Assembly (NCBI GenBank): GCA_045617645.1
Contig: JAZLIY010000104.1
Location: forward strand, 69,830 to 133,829
Length of the DNA stretch: 64,000 bases
From: Bacteroidaceae bacterium
GTDB lineage: Bacteria; Bacteroidota; Bacteroidia; Bacteroidales; Bacteroidaceae
Direction of reading: 5' to 3'
Part shown: positions 20,334-29,732 of the stretch, in pieces
Position numbering within the stretch: position 1 is the stretch's first letter
How the letters are laid out: every line of letters begins with the position of its first letter
Translations under genes and position numbers: made by a program
The notes under the pieces: generated by a model
Database searches by the model: none
What the model was told of the DNA's origin: nothing
Seen by the model: only the letters and a program-made list of their open reading frames with translations

Positions 20334-20867
20334 ATGAAAAGAGTTCGTTGCCCCAAATGCGACAACTACATAACATTCGACGAAACCCAATACATTCAAG
20401 GCCAGCAACTGGTTTTTGAATGTCCCGACTGCCACAAACAATTCGGAATAAGAATGGGTTCTGCCAAAGTCAAGCAGACAAGAAAGGAAGAAGTGCTGGA
20501 CGAAACGGCCAACAACGAGGAACTGGGCAGCATCGTAGTTATAGAAAATGTCTTTCACTATAAACAAATCATACCATTGGAAATGGGCGACAATGTCTTT
20601 GGTCGCTATGTACAAGGAACCGACATCAACAAACCCATCGAAACCGTTGATCCAAGCATAGATACCAAACATTGCATCATACGGGTACAGCGCAACAAGC
20701 GAAACCAGTTGCAATACATCCTCAGAGATGCGCCAAGCAATACCGGAACTTTTTATATGAATGAAATCCTGCGAGATCAGGACCGAATCCAGCTGCATGA
20801 AGGAGACATCATCACAATCGGTGCCACTACATTGATACTGCGTACGGCAAACGAAAAGGACGAATAA
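20334..20867 (+). CDS. Zinc-ribbon (MJ0042-type) plus FHA domain protein
   Basis: MKRVRCPKCDNYITF...FECPDCHKQF (CxxC...CxxC), then FHA-like GDNVFGRY...IDTKHCIIRV...YILRDAPSNTGTFYMNEIL...GDIITIGATTLIL. The start is set at ATG 20334. Confidence 0.8.
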   Translation: MKRVRCPKCDNYITFDETQYIQGQQLVFECPDCHKQFGIRMGSAKVKQTRKEEVLDETANNEELGSIVVIENVFHYKQIIPLEMGDNVFGRYVQGTDINKPIETVDPSIDTKHCIIRVQRNKRNQLQYILRDAPSNTGTFYMNEILRDQDRIQLHEGDIITIGATTLILRTANEKDE

Positions 20868-20878
20868 GAGCATCTTCT

Positions 20879-21685
20879 ATGTATAAGATATTAGCTGTTG
20901 ACCTTGACGGAACGCTCCTGAACAGTCGGAAAGAAATACCTGCAAAAAATCTGGAATCATTACTGGAGGCTCAGGAAAAAGGATTAATAGTGGTAATAGC
21001 CAGCGGACGGTCAACACCTGGCACCATGCACATAGCCAAAGAATTACAGTTGGAAAAGTTCGGAGGATTCATCATGGCCTTCAATGGCGGAATGATAACG
21101 AATTGCAAGACAGATGAAATCCTGTTCCAAAAGCTGTTGCCGCTTGATATACTGCCCAAAGTATATGAATTCAGCAAAACAGGTGATTTCCAAATAACAA
21201 GCTACAAAGATAATCGCATCATCTGCGAGGACATAGACAATAAATACATTCAATACCTGTCATTCGCTAACAGGATGGAAGCAAGACAGACCGATGATTT
21301 CATCAAAACTGTCAATTATCCTGTTCCCAAATACCTGATTGTCGGGGATCCGGAGCCCTTGCACGAACTGGAACTAAAAATGTGCAAAGCGTTCGAAGGT
21401 AAACTAAACATTTGCCGAAGCGACCCATTCCTGCTGGAAGTATTACCCTATGAAATAAACAAAGGGTACAGCCTGAAAATTCTGCTTGATAAATTAAACC
21501 TAAAACGAGAAGAACTTATCGCCTGTGGGGATGGATTCAACGACCGTAGTATGGTGGAGTATGCCGGATTAGGTGTGGCTATGGAAAATGCACAACAGGA
21601 GGTAAAAGAGGTGGCAGATTACATTGCCAAATCCAACGAAGAATGTGGAATAGAAGAAGTGGTACGCAAATTTATCCTTTCCTAA
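20879..21685 (+). CDS. Cof-type HAD-IIB family hydrolase (sugar phosphatase)
   Basis: ILAVDLDGTLLNS, ASGRS and GDGFNDRSMVEYAGLGVAMENA motifs. Confidence 0.9.
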   Translation: MYKILAVDLDGTLLNSRKEIPAKNLESLLEAQEKGLIVVIASGRSTPGTMHIAKELQLEKFGGFIMAFNGGMITNCKTDEILFQKLLPLDILPKVYEFSKTGDFQITSYKDNRIICEDIDNKYIQYLSFANRMEARQTDDFIKTVNYPVPKYLIVGDPEPLHELELKMCKAFEGKLNICRSDPFLLEVLPYEINKGYSLKILLDKLNLKREELIACGDGFNDRSMVEYAGLGVAMENAQQEVKEVADYIAKSNEECGIEEVVRKFILS

Positions 21686-22269
21686 AACGGAGAAAGGGCT
21701 TTTGCTATTTTTTCCTGCAGTTCTTTCATCTTCCCCATCCGTACAGAAAGCGTCATTTGGCAATCCCCATCATACGATTGAGAAACAATACGGGCGTCCA
21801 TATCTCGCGCAACCTTCATAACGGCACTCATCAATGGGTATTCAAACGAGAAGGTATATTCACCGTCCACGGTACAAGTAATAATCTCGCCCTTTGAAAT
21901 GGCATCTGCAGCAGCTGCCTTATAGGCACCTATCAGACCGCTGGTACCCAGTTTGACTCCACCGAAATACCGCACGACAAGCACAATGATATTCGTGAGT
22001 CCGTTGCTGTTTATTTGTCCCAAGATGGGTTTACCTGCCGTTCCGCTTGGTTCCCCATTATCATTGCTGCGGAAACAATCCCTTTCAGCACCAATCATAT
22101 ACGCCCAGCATACATGACGGGCATCAAAATATTTCTTCTGATACTGACCTACAAGATTCATCGCTTCCTCAACGGAGGAAGCCGGATGGGCAAAAGCAAG
22201 GAACTTACTCCGCAATTCCGAGTAAGTTCCTTCGCTATTTGATTTAATGGTCTTGTATTCGTCTATCAT
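21682..22269 (-). CDS. yigZ: YigZ/IMPACT family protein (UPF0029)
   Basis: KFLAFAHP...ARHVCWAY...SNDNGEPSGTAGKPIL...VVRYFGGVKLGTSGLIGAY. Confidence 0.85.
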   Translation of the reverse strand: MIDEYKTIKSNSEGTYSELRSKFLAFAHPASSVEEAMNLVGQYQKKYFDARHVCWAYMIGAERDCFRSNDNGEPSGTAGKPILGQINSNGLTNIIVLVVRYFGGVKLGTSGLIGAYKAAAADAISKGEIITCTVDGEYTFSFEYPLMSAVMKVARDMDARIVSQSYDGDCQMTLSVRMGKMKELQEKIAKALSPF

Positions 22270-23516
22270 CAGTCAAGACTATGGATAACCAGACCACTAC
22301 GTAATTTAGGCTCGAACCATGTTGCCTTTGGCGGCATGATATTTCCTGTGTCTGCAATATTCATAATTTGATTCATACTAACAGGATATAGTGCCAAAGC
22401 CATTTTCATTTCACCATTGTCAACCCTACGTTGCAATTCACCCAATCCACGTAAACCTCCTACAAAGTCGATTCGCTTATCACTACGCAAATCCTTAATG
22501 CCAAGAAGTTCATCGAGAATCAGTTTACTGCTGATACTGACATCAAGACTACCGATAGGATCGGATTCGTCGCATAAGCCTGACTTTAATTTCAGGCTGT
22601 ACCATGTGGAATCAAGGTATAGACTGAACTCATGTAATTGCTGTGGACGATAAGGTTCATTGCCCTTGGACTCAACAACAAAATTATGTCCAAGAGCTTT
22701 AAGGAATTCTTCCGAAGAGTATCCATTCAGGTCTTTCACGACACGATTATAATCCAAGATCGTCAATTGACTGGCCTGGAAACATACAGCCATGAAATAG
22801 TTGTACTCCTCATCGCCCTGATGATTGGGGTTCTGTTTTGCCTTCTCTGCACCAACAAGAGCTGCAGCAGCACTACGATGATGACCGTCTGCTATATATA
22901 AATATGGTATAGCGGCAAATGCATCTGTTATCGTTTGAATATCTGCATCATCCTTGACCATCCAGAACTGATGACGGAATCCGTCTATAGGAGCGATGAA
23001 ATCGTATTCAGGAGTTTGTGATGTGCAACGCTTAATCAAGGCATCCAAAACCTCATTATCGGGATAGGCAAAGAATACGGGTTCCAGATTTGCGTTGTTC
23101 ACGCGTACGTGGCGCATACGATCTTCTTCCTTATCACGACGGGTCAATTCGTGTTTCTTGATGACACCATTCATGTAATCTTCTACGGCAGCAGCAACCA
23201 CAAGTCCATATTGTGTCTTGCCGTTCATCGTCTGTGCATAGATATAATACATTTCCTTGTCATCCTGCACGAGCCAACCTTCTTTTTGGAACTTGGCGAA
23301 ATTCTCGGCAGCACGCTGGTATACCCGTTCATCATACTCACTTGTGCCAACAGGGAAATCAATCTCCGGCTTAATGATATGATAGAGTGACATCTTATTG
23401 TCACCAGCTTCGGCACGAGCTTCCTCGGAATTAAGCACGTCGTATGGACGACTCTCGACCTGTTCCACCAGATTTTTGGGAGGACGAATACCCTTGAAAG
23501 GTTTTATTTTGGCCAT
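22269..23516 (-). CDS. DUF1015 domain-containing protein
   Basis: 415 aa. N-terminus MAKIKPFKGIRP...SRPYDVLNSEEA and later YIADGHHR match my recollection of DUF1015. It is coupled to serA/serC. Confidence 0.8.
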   Translation of the reverse strand: MAKIKPFKGIRPPKNLVEQVESRPYDVLNSEEARAEAGDNKMSLYHIIKPEIDFPVGTSEYDERVYQRAAENFAKFQKEGWLVQDDKEMYYIYAQTMNGKTQYGLVVAAAVEDYMNGVIKKHELTRRDKEEDRMRHVRVNNANLEPVFFAYPDNEVLDALIKRCTSQTPEYDFIAPIDGFRHQFWMVKDDADIQTITDAFAAIPYLYIADGHHRSAAAALVGAEKAKQNPNHQGDEEYNYFMAVCFQASQLTILDYNRVVKDLNGYSSEEFLKALGHNFVVESKGNEPYRPQQLHEFSLYLDSTWYSLKLKSGLCDESDPIGSLDVSISSKLILDELLGIKDLRSDKRIDFVGGLRGLGELQRRVDNGEMKMALALYPVSMNQIMNIADTGNIMPPKATWFEPKLRSGLVIHSLD

Positions 23517-23519
23517 ACC

Positions 23520-24440
23520 TTATTTATTTACCTGGAACTTCGTAATTCCATCCTTCAGAAAACCAACAATCTGATTTGCTGCTGCAATACCGGCATTAAC
23601 ATTTGCCTCGGCCGTCTGTGCACCCATCTTCTTAGGTGTGGCAAAATAACGACCTGCCGCTTTCTCTGCATATTCAGCATCCATATCGGGCTTGATATCG
23701 GTCAGATACTTCAAGTCCGTACGTTCTTCGAGCAATTGCAGCAAACTGGCTTCGTCAATAACCTCCTTACGAGCCGTATTTACCAGAATACCGCCTTTTT
23801 TCATCTTGCCGACCAGAGTAGCATTGATACTTTGCTTTGTTTCAGGAGTAGCAGGAATATGAAGAGAAACGATATCACAGGTTTCAAAAAGTTCGTCTTG
23901 GTTCTTGGCGGCCTTTACGCCTGCGGCTTCTATGGCCTCTGCAGGGCAGAATGCATCAAATGCCATCACCTCCATGCCGAAACCTTTTGCCACACGTGCA
24001 ACGTTACGACCAACGTTTCCGAAAGCAAGGATACCTAACTTCTTACCCAATAGTTCCGTACCACTTGTACCATTGAAGAAATTTCGAACGCCAAATACCA
24101 ACAGACCGAAAACAAGTTCTGCTACGGAATTGGCATTCTGGCCAGGTGTATTCATGGCCACAACCTTGTGGGCTGTTGCTTCAGTCAAATCGATGTTGTC
24201 ATAACCTGCACCGGCACGTACTACAATCTTCAGATTCTTGGCTGCATTGAAGACATCGGCATCTACTTTGTCGCTGCGTACAATCAAAGCATCAGCATCA
24301 GCTACAGCATCCAACAATTGTTTCTTCTCGGTGTATTTCTCCAAAAGAGAAAGTTCATATCCAGCAGCATCGGTTACTGCTTTAATACCATCTACAGCAA
24401 CTTTGCTGAATGGTTTTTCTGTTGCAATTAAGACTTTCAT
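23520..24440 (-). CDS. serA: D-3-phosphoglycerate dehydrogenase (short, 2-hydroxyacid dehydrogenase family)
   Basis: NAD-binding GILAFGNVGRNVARVAKGFGM. D-isomer 2-hydroxyacid dehydrogenase pattern. It lies adjacent to serC. Confidence 0.85.
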   Translation of the reverse strand: MKVLIATEKPFSKVAVDGIKAVTDAAGYELSLLEKYTEKKQLLDAVADADALIVRSDKVDADVFNAAKNLKIVVRAGAGYDNIDLTEATAHKVVAMNTPGQNANSVAELVFGLLVFGVRNFFNGTSGTELLGKKLGILAFGNVGRNVARVAKGFGMEVMAFDAFCPAEAIEAAGVKAAKNQDELFETCDIVSLHIPATPETKQSINATLVGKMKKGGILVNTARKEVIDEASLLQLLEERTDLKYLTDIKPDMDAEYAEKAAGRYFATPKKMGAQTAEANVNAGIAAANQIVGFLKDGITKFQVNK

Positions 24441-25507
24441 TAATGTAGTTTTTCAAATTCTTTCATACATTCAACCAACGCCTGGCAACCTTCGATGCTC
24501 ATGGCATTATAGCAGCTTGCACGGAAGCCACCTACATCACGATGACCCTTGATGCCAACCATACCCTTGCCGGTAGCAAATGCCAAGAATTCGTCTTGCA
24601 GTTCCTGATATTCCTCCTTCAGTACGAATGTAATGTTCATCAGTGAACGGCTATCTTCCTCGGCTGTTCCAACAAACAACTTATTACGGTCGATTTCTGA
24701 ATACACGATTTCAGCACGCTGTTGTGCACGACGTTCCATTTCCTTGACACCACCTTGAGCCTTGATCCACTTCAGATTCTGCAAAGCACAATAAATCGGA
24801 ACAACTGGAGGTGTATTGAACATAGAACCTTTCTTGACGTGTGTACGGTAATCCAACATAGTAGGAATAGGACGGGAAACCTTGCCCAACAAGTCTTCTT
24901 TAACTATAACAAAAGTAACGCCTGCCATAGAAAGGTTCTTCTGAGCACCACCGTAGATCATTCCATATTTACTTACGTCAAGAGGACGTGAGAAAATATC
25001 AGATGACATATCTGCGATAACAGGAATAGGAGAATCCAAGTCTTTCCTTAACTCCGTACCATAAATCGTGTTATTGCTGGTGATGTGCAAGTAATCCGCA
25101 TCCGTAGGAATGTCGAACTGCTTGGGAATATAAGTAAAATTACGATCCTTGCTGGATGCGACTTCAACGACCTCACCAAAAAGCTTGGCTTCCTTCTCGG
25201 CCTTTGTTGCCCATACACCCGTATTTAGGTAAGCAGCCTTTTTCTCCAAGAAGTTATAGGGAACCATACAGAATTCCAGACTGGCGCCACCACCCAGGAA
25301 TATGACGCTGTAACCCTCAGGAATATTTAAAAGTTCCTTAAACAAAGCGACAGCTTCATCGACTACCGGTTGGAAATTCTTCGCTCTATGGCTGATTTCC
25401 ATCAAAGAAAGTCCACTTCCTTCGAAGTCAAGACAAGCAGCAGCAGTTGCTTCTATTACCTCACGGGGAAGAATAGAGGGACCTGCATTAAAATTGTACT
25501 TTTTCAT
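24440..25507 (-). CDS. serC: 3-phosphoserine/phosphohydroxythreonine aminotransferase
   Basis: [17 protein letters not shown]..., GGGASLEF and [18 protein letters not shown] motifs. The start is set at ATG 25507. The longer TTG-initiated ORF overlaps the promoter box. Confidence 0.95.
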   Translation of the reverse strand: MKKYNFNAGPSILPREVIEATAAACLDFEGSGLSLMEISHRAKNFQPVVDEAVALFKELLNIPEGYSVIFLGGGASLEFCMVPYNFLEKKAAYLNTGVWATKAEKEAKLFGEVVEVASSKDRNFTYIPKQFDIPTDADYLHITSNNTIYGTELRKDLDSPIPVIADMSSDIFSRPLDVSKYGMIYGGAQKNLSMAGVTFVIVKEDLLGKVSRPIPTMLDYRTHVKKGSMFNTPPVVPIYCALQNLKWIKAQGGVKEMERRAQQRAEIVYSEIDRNKLFVGTAEEDSRSLMNITFVLKEEYQELQDEFLAFATGKGMVGIKGHRDVGGFRASCYNAMSIEGCQALVECMKEFEKLH

Positions 25508-25558
25508 ATTTCTTTTTAAAATGATTAAATTATTTCCTTTTTCTATCTTTTGAGGTTG

Positions 25559-25566
25559 CAAAGTTA
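25559..25566 (-). promoter_or_regulatory. Bacteroidetes -7 box (TAacTTTG on minus strand) for the ser operon
   Basis: Reverse complement of caaagtta. It lies 52 nt upstream of the serC ATG. Confidence 0.5.
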
Positions 25567-25691
25567 ACGTTTTTTTTTCATTACACCTAATTTAATTACA
25601 TAAATAAAAGACTGGAAGAAGTTAAATGCATGTTTTTATCTTTGATAGTGAAAAATACGTCAATTAATTTGGTCAGTTCAAGGAAAAGCAC

Positions 25692-25699
25692 TACCTTTG
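25692..25699 (+). promoter_or_regulatory. Bacteroidetes -7 box TAccTTTG for tRNA-Pro
   Basis: tacctttg lies 27 nt upstream of the tRNA 5' end. Confidence 0.5.
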
Positions 25700-25725
25700 C
25701 AACGCTTTTCAAAAGAAAAAGCCTT

Positions 25726-25798
25726 CGGGGTGTAGCGCAGTTGGTAGCGCACCTGGTTTGGGACCAGGTGGTCGCCCGTTCGAGTCGGGTCACCCCGA
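25726..25798 (+). tRNA. tRNA-Pro (anticodon TGG)
   Basis: Manual cloverleaf: CGGGGTG/TA/GCGC-AGTTGGTA-GCGC/A/CCTGG-TTTGGGA-CCAGG/TGGTC/GCCCG-TTCGAGT-CGGGT/CACCCCG/A. It is 73 nt and CCA is not encoded. Confidence 0.95.
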
Positions 25799-25806
25799 CA
25801 CACATG

Positions 25807-25842
25807 GAAAAGCGGCAGCTAATTTAGCCACCGCTTTTTTCT
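25807..25842 (+). terminator. Terminator after tRNA-Pro
   Basis: AAAAGCGG...CCGCTTTTTTCTTTTT forms a hairpin followed by a T-rich tract. Confidence 0.6.
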
Positions 25843-26047
25843 TTTTACACGAAAATGGGATTTTGCCAAGCAGAAAATAAGATTAGCTTATCAAAACATT
25901 GTGCAAATCATACAATTTTATCAAATTTCGGAAATCTATTAAGTCATATACATTAGTTAGTGTTCAGACAAGACTAAGAACTGAATGTATTTGTGAAATA
26001 TTAGAAAAATTTTCGCTTCAAAGATTTGGTGTTTAAAATATTTGTTG

Positions 26048-26055
26048 TATCTTTG
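26048..26055 (+). promoter_or_regulatory. Bacteroidetes -7 box TAtcTTTG for tRNA-Cys
   Basis: tatctttg lies 18 nt upstream of the tRNA 5' end. Confidence 0.5.
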
Positions 26056-26072
26056 CAGCGCAAAAGCAGATT

Positions 26073-26144
26073 GGTGCCTTGGATGAGTGGCTTAGTCAAC
26101 GGTCTGCAAAACCGTGAACGGCGGTTCGAATCCGCCAGGCACCT
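26073..26144 (+). tRNA. tRNA-Cys (anticodon GCA)
   Basis: Manual cloverleaf: GGTGCCT/TG/GATG-AGTGGCTT-AGTC/A/ACGGT-CTGCAAA-ACCGT/GAAC/GGCGG-TTCGAAT-CCGCC/AGGCACC/T. It is 72 nt. Confidence 0.9.
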
Positions 26145-26190
26145 CAAAAAAGAAAGACCTGATTATTTCAGGTCTTTCTTCGTATTTTTA
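26145..26190. terminator. Bidirectional terminator shared by tRNA-Cys and the convergent flippase gene
   Basis: A 12-bp perfect stem, AGAAAGACCTGA (26151-26162) with TCAGGTCTTTCT (26168-26179), is flanked by an A-run and a T-rich tract. The flippase stop codon lies in the loop. Confidence 0.75.
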
Positions 26191-27647
26191 AGCAACTGCC
26201 ACGAACGCCACACAGACAGGAGTAGGACAATTCCACCAACACCATATTTGATGTAATCATTGCCTTGAAGGCAAACAACTACACCCACACCCAGACATAG
26301 GAACTGGAACATGCATAACTTTATGGTATGAATGTCCAGATGACAGCCATATCTTTTACCATACATAATTAGGACAAATATCAAATCTGCCAACGCCGAA
26401 ACAGACAAGGCTATGCCTGTTCCCAAAAGTCCTAATTTATTATAGAAGAACCAAATGAGAAGTCCGAATACAATATCATATAGAAGTTCTACTATTAGAT
26501 AGAACATCGAATCGCCCTTTGCCAAAGGCGTATAGGCAATAGGTAACATGATGGCTCGGAAGAACATATAGAACGAGGCACATACAGCCATATCCTTAAC
26601 GATGAGGAACTCTGGTTGAAATAGAATTTGCAAAGCCAAAGGCATACATAATATCAAGGCTATCAGGAAGGGGGCAACCAGCAACACGCACACATCAATC
26701 TGCTTGTTAATAGCCACATTCATACGAGCGATATCATGATTCGCGGAGGATAAGCGAGGGAAATAATCAGCCTCCAATGCCACAAACACGATACCAGCAT
26801 AGGCAACCATCAAAGCGTAACCAGCTCGGTAAAATCCCACGTCAGACAAAGTACCATGCATCATGATCAATGCCGGAATAGCCATGGCAACTCCAGAACC
26901 ACCAATGCCGGCTAAAACATAAGGAATACCCTTACGTATCATAGGCAGACCCTCTCGATACACCTCCATACTAAATGGCCGTATACGATAGGGTATCAAT
27001 CTAACGGAGAAGAACAGGTGTACGATTGCAGAGATAGCAGTACTGATTATCAATGCCACAATAATGCCATGCATGCCCCAGAAATAATAAAAAGGAATAG
27101 TTGTCAGAAGAGTACTGACCGCAACCACCGTTTCTATTATTGCGATTTTACGTAACTGCCTCAATCCTTTTAGGATAGAGCACTCCCCTTCGGCAACAAG
27201 CAGTAATATCACAATAGGACAAACAAGAAAAATTTCCAACACATGGCCCCAATCATGCTCAAAAAAGAAGTAGCTAAGAACAGGTGAAAGCAAAGCGCTC
27301 AACACTACTGCCAAGATAGCCGTCCAAATAACCCATGTACGGATGACGCTTACCATGTGAGATATCTGTGATTCCTCGCCATCCTCAAACAATTCACCCA
27401 TCACACGTGTTGTGTTTAAAGGAATGCCGAAATTACTACAACTGACAATAAACTCTGATATTGAATTATAGACAGAAATCAGTCCTAGTCCAACTGACCC
27501 TAAAATATAGGTAGTCAATTTATTACGTAACAAAGAGACTAGCAATTTCAAGCCTTGTACTCCACCAAAGATACCGGTATATTTCAGGACATGATTATAG
27601 GAATCGTCCGTAGTTTCGGAATTATGCAGATTATTCAATTCTTCCAT
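26163..27647 (-). CDS. Oligosaccharide flippase (MOP/Wzx family polysaccharide biosynthesis protein)
   Basis: 494 aa and about 12-14 TM helices. The N-terminus VLKYTGIFGGVQGLKLLVSLLRNKLTTYILGSVGLGL is typical of Wzx-like flippases. It is adjacent to the glycosyltransferases. Confidence 0.85.
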   Translation of the reverse strand: MEELNNLHNSETTDDSYNHVLKYTGIFGGVQGLKLLVSLLRNKLTTYILGSVGLGLISVYNSISEFIVSCSNFGIPLNTTRVMGELFEDGEESQISHMVSVIRTWVIWTAILAVVLSALLSPVLSYFFFEHDWGHVLEIFLVCPIVILLLVAEGECSILKGLRQLRKIAIIETVVAVSTLLTTIPFYYFWGMHGIIVALIISTAISAIVHLFFSVRLIPYRIRPFSMEVYREGLPMIRKGIPYVLAGIGGSGVAMAIPALIMMHGTLSDVGFYRAGYALMVAYAGIVFVALEADYFPRLSSANHDIARMNVAINKQIDVCVLLVAPFLIALILCMPLALQILFQPEFLIVKDMAVCASFYMFFRAIMLPIAYTPLAKGDSMFYLIVELLYDIVFGLLIWFFYNKLGLLGTGIALSVSALADLIFVLIMYGKRYGCHLDIHTIKLCMFQFLCLGVGVVVCLQGNDYIKYGVGGIVLLLSVWRSWQLLKNTKKDLK

Positions 27648-27668
27648 TATATTTACTTATTCACTTTG

Positions 27669-27676
27669 CAAAGGTA
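27669..27676 (-). promoter_or_regulatory. Bacteroidetes -7 box (TAccTTTG on minus strand) for the flippase gene
   Basis: Reverse complement of caaaggta. It lies 22 nt upstream of the ATG at 27647. Confidence 0.5.
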
Positions 27677-27718
27677 CGATTTTTATTCATAATATTTGTC
27701 CAATAGCTAAAAAAACTA

Positions 27719-27726
27719 TACATTTG
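27719..27726 (+). promoter_or_regulatory. Bacteroidetes -7 box TAcaTTTG for the glycosyltransferase operon
   Basis: tacatttg lies 28 nt upstream of the ATG at 27754. Confidence 0.5.
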
Positions 27727-27753
27727 CGTAATATCTATACAAAAAGTCTATAA

Positions 27754-28860
27754 ATGAAAATTCTGTTGATGGGCGAATACAGCAATGTCCATTGGTCTTT
27801 GGCCGAAGGACTAAGGACATTGGGGCATCAGGTTTCCGTGGTATCCGATGGCGATTTATGGAAAAATTATCCGAGGGACATCAACCTAAAAAGACAATCA
27901 ACAGGAAAAATAGACACCCTGAAATATCTTTGGTCGATACACCAAACAATGCCCATACTAAAAGGATATGATATTGTGCAGCTGATCAATCCCATCTTTT
28001 TGGATCTGAAGGCCGAACGAATATGGAAATACTACCATCAACTGAAAAAGCAAAACGGGAACTTGTTTCTGGGGGCATACGGTATGGATCACTATTGGGT
28101 AAAGACGGCATTAGACTGCAAGACATTCCGATATTCTGATTTTAATATGGGCGATAAAGAAAGACATTCGCCTGAAAACGACATCTTTATCGAAGATTGG
28201 CTTTTCGGAGAGAAAGGACGACTAAATCAATTTATTGCAGAGGATTGTAAAGGAATCATTTCTGGATTGTACGAATACGAAATGAGCTACAGGCCCTATT
28301 TCCCAGACGAGAAACTCCAGTTCATACCTTTTCCCATTCAGCCCCAAAAAGTTGACGAAAATAAGCTGAAAGTGGGTAAGCAAATAAGTTTTTTTATCGG
28401 GATACAGAAAACCAGAAATATATACAAGGGAACAGACATCATGCTACAAGCACTCCAAAGATTAGAGCGCAATTACGGGAACAGAGTAAAAGTCATCCGG
28501 ACGGAGAACGTCCCATTTGCTGAATACCAAAAACGAATCGAAGAAAGCGACATACTTTTGGATCAACTGTACAGTTATACTCCAGCAATGAACGGTTTAC
28601 TGGCCATGAGCAAGGGTATCGTACTGGTAGGAGGTGGAGAAGAAGAACAATACGAACTAATGGGGGAACAGGAATTGCGTCCCATCATTAATGTCCGTCC
28701 CTCGGAAGAAAGCGTATATGATGCGCTGGAACAGTTAGTACTGAATTCCGAAAGGATTCCATTACTAAAAAGACAAAGCATTGAATACATCCAACGACAT
28801 CATGACTACAAAAAAGTTGCTGAACAATATATTAATTTTTGGGAATCTAGAATAAAGTGA
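27754..28860 (+). CDS. Glycosyltransferase (GT-B fold, GT4/group 1-like)
   Basis: MKILLMGEYSNVHWSLAEGLRTLGHQV is a GT-B N-terminal pattern. The C-terminal half has SDILLDQL...PAMNGLLAMSKGIVLVGGGEEE. Confidence 0.75.
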   Translation: MKILLMGEYSNVHWSLAEGLRTLGHQVSVVSDGDLWKNYPRDINLKRQSTGKIDTLKYLWSIHQTMPILKGYDIVQLINPIFLDLKAERIWKYYHQLKKQNGNLFLGAYGMDHYWVKTALDCKTFRYSDFNMGDKERHSPENDIFIEDWLFGEKGRLNQFIAEDCKGIISGLYEYEMSYRPYFPDEKLQFIPFPIQPQKVDENKLKVGKQISFFIGIQKTRNIYKGTDIMLQALQRLERNYGNRVKVIRTENVPFAEYQKRIEESDILLDQLYSYTPAMNGLLAMSKGIVLVGGGEEEQYELMGEQELRPIINVRPSEESVYDALEQLVLNSERIPLLKRQSIEYIQRHHDYKKVAEQYINFWESRIK

Positions 28861-29732
28861 ACATCGAACTTTCCATAATCATCCCCGTGTATAATGTAGC
28901 ACAATACCTTCGCCATTGTCTACAGTCAATTCTTGACCAACAATTGCCCTCATATGAAGTCATTCTGGTAGATGACGGAAGCCATGACAACAGCCTGGGC
29001 ATCTGTATTGAATGGTGTAATGAGCACAAAGAATTCAAAGTTTTCAGGCACGAACAGAATCGAGGGTTAAGTGAGGCACGTAACACAGGCCTTTCGCAAG
29101 CAACAGGCAGATACATCACCTTTGTGGATTCCGATGATTTCCTTGGTCCGGAAACGTTGAGCATTTGCATGGCATCCATTGAAGATGCAGATGTCATTGA
29201 GTACCCAGTTATGATTAATCACCTATCCGATGATGCTCAGTTATGGCAACCAGGAAACGTCACAAAGGATTTTAAGACCTGGATGAAAGATAATGGTTTC
29301 ACCCATTGTTACGCATGCAACAAGGTATTCAAACACAAGCTATGGGACGGCATAAAATTCCCTAAAGACAAATATTACGAGGACATCTTCACCATCCCAT
29401 ACGTATTAAAAAAAGCTTACAAAATAGCATCTACAGACAAAGGTATCTATTACTACTGTAAAAGGGACGGAAGTATAACTAATACGCCTAAGAAAAAGGC
29501 TTTACACGATTATCTCGAAGCATTACTTCATTTATTCAATTTCGAGGAAAACTCTCAAAATACATCTTTGTATATCCAGTGTCTCAATGCACAGAAAAGC
29601 TTTCTGAAATACGGAGGAAAAGGAAAAATCGTTCCCAGGAAACAGATTCCGTGGAGTTACTTTTTCCATAGTTCACTTACGACACGACAGAGAATCAAAG
29701 CACTCTGGTATAAATTTTCATGTCATGGATAA
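28857..29732 (+). CDS. Family 2 glycosyltransferase
   Basis: LSIIIPVYNVAQYLRHCLQSILDQ...VILVDDGSHDNS...FVDSDD. GTG start overlaps the upstream stop by 4 nt. Confidence 0.9.
   Translation: MNIELSIIIPVYNVAQYLRHCLQSILDQQLPSYEVILVDDGSHDNSLGICIEWCNEHKEFKVFRHEQNRGLSEARNTGLSQATGRYITFVDSDDFLGPETLSICMASIEDADVIEYPVMINHLSDDAQLWQPGNVTKDFKTWMKDNGFTHCYACNKVFKHKLWDGIKFPKDKYYEDIFTIPYVLKKAYKIASTDKGIYYYCKRDGSITNTPKKKALHDYLEALLHLFNFEENSQNTSLYIQCLNAQKSFLKYGGKGKIVPRKQIPWSYFFHSSLTTRQRIKALWYKFSCHG

Noticed and set aside
20316-20873. 185-aa minus-strand ORF
   Set aside because: It is exactly antisense to the zinc-ribbon/FHA gene, which has clear domain motifs.
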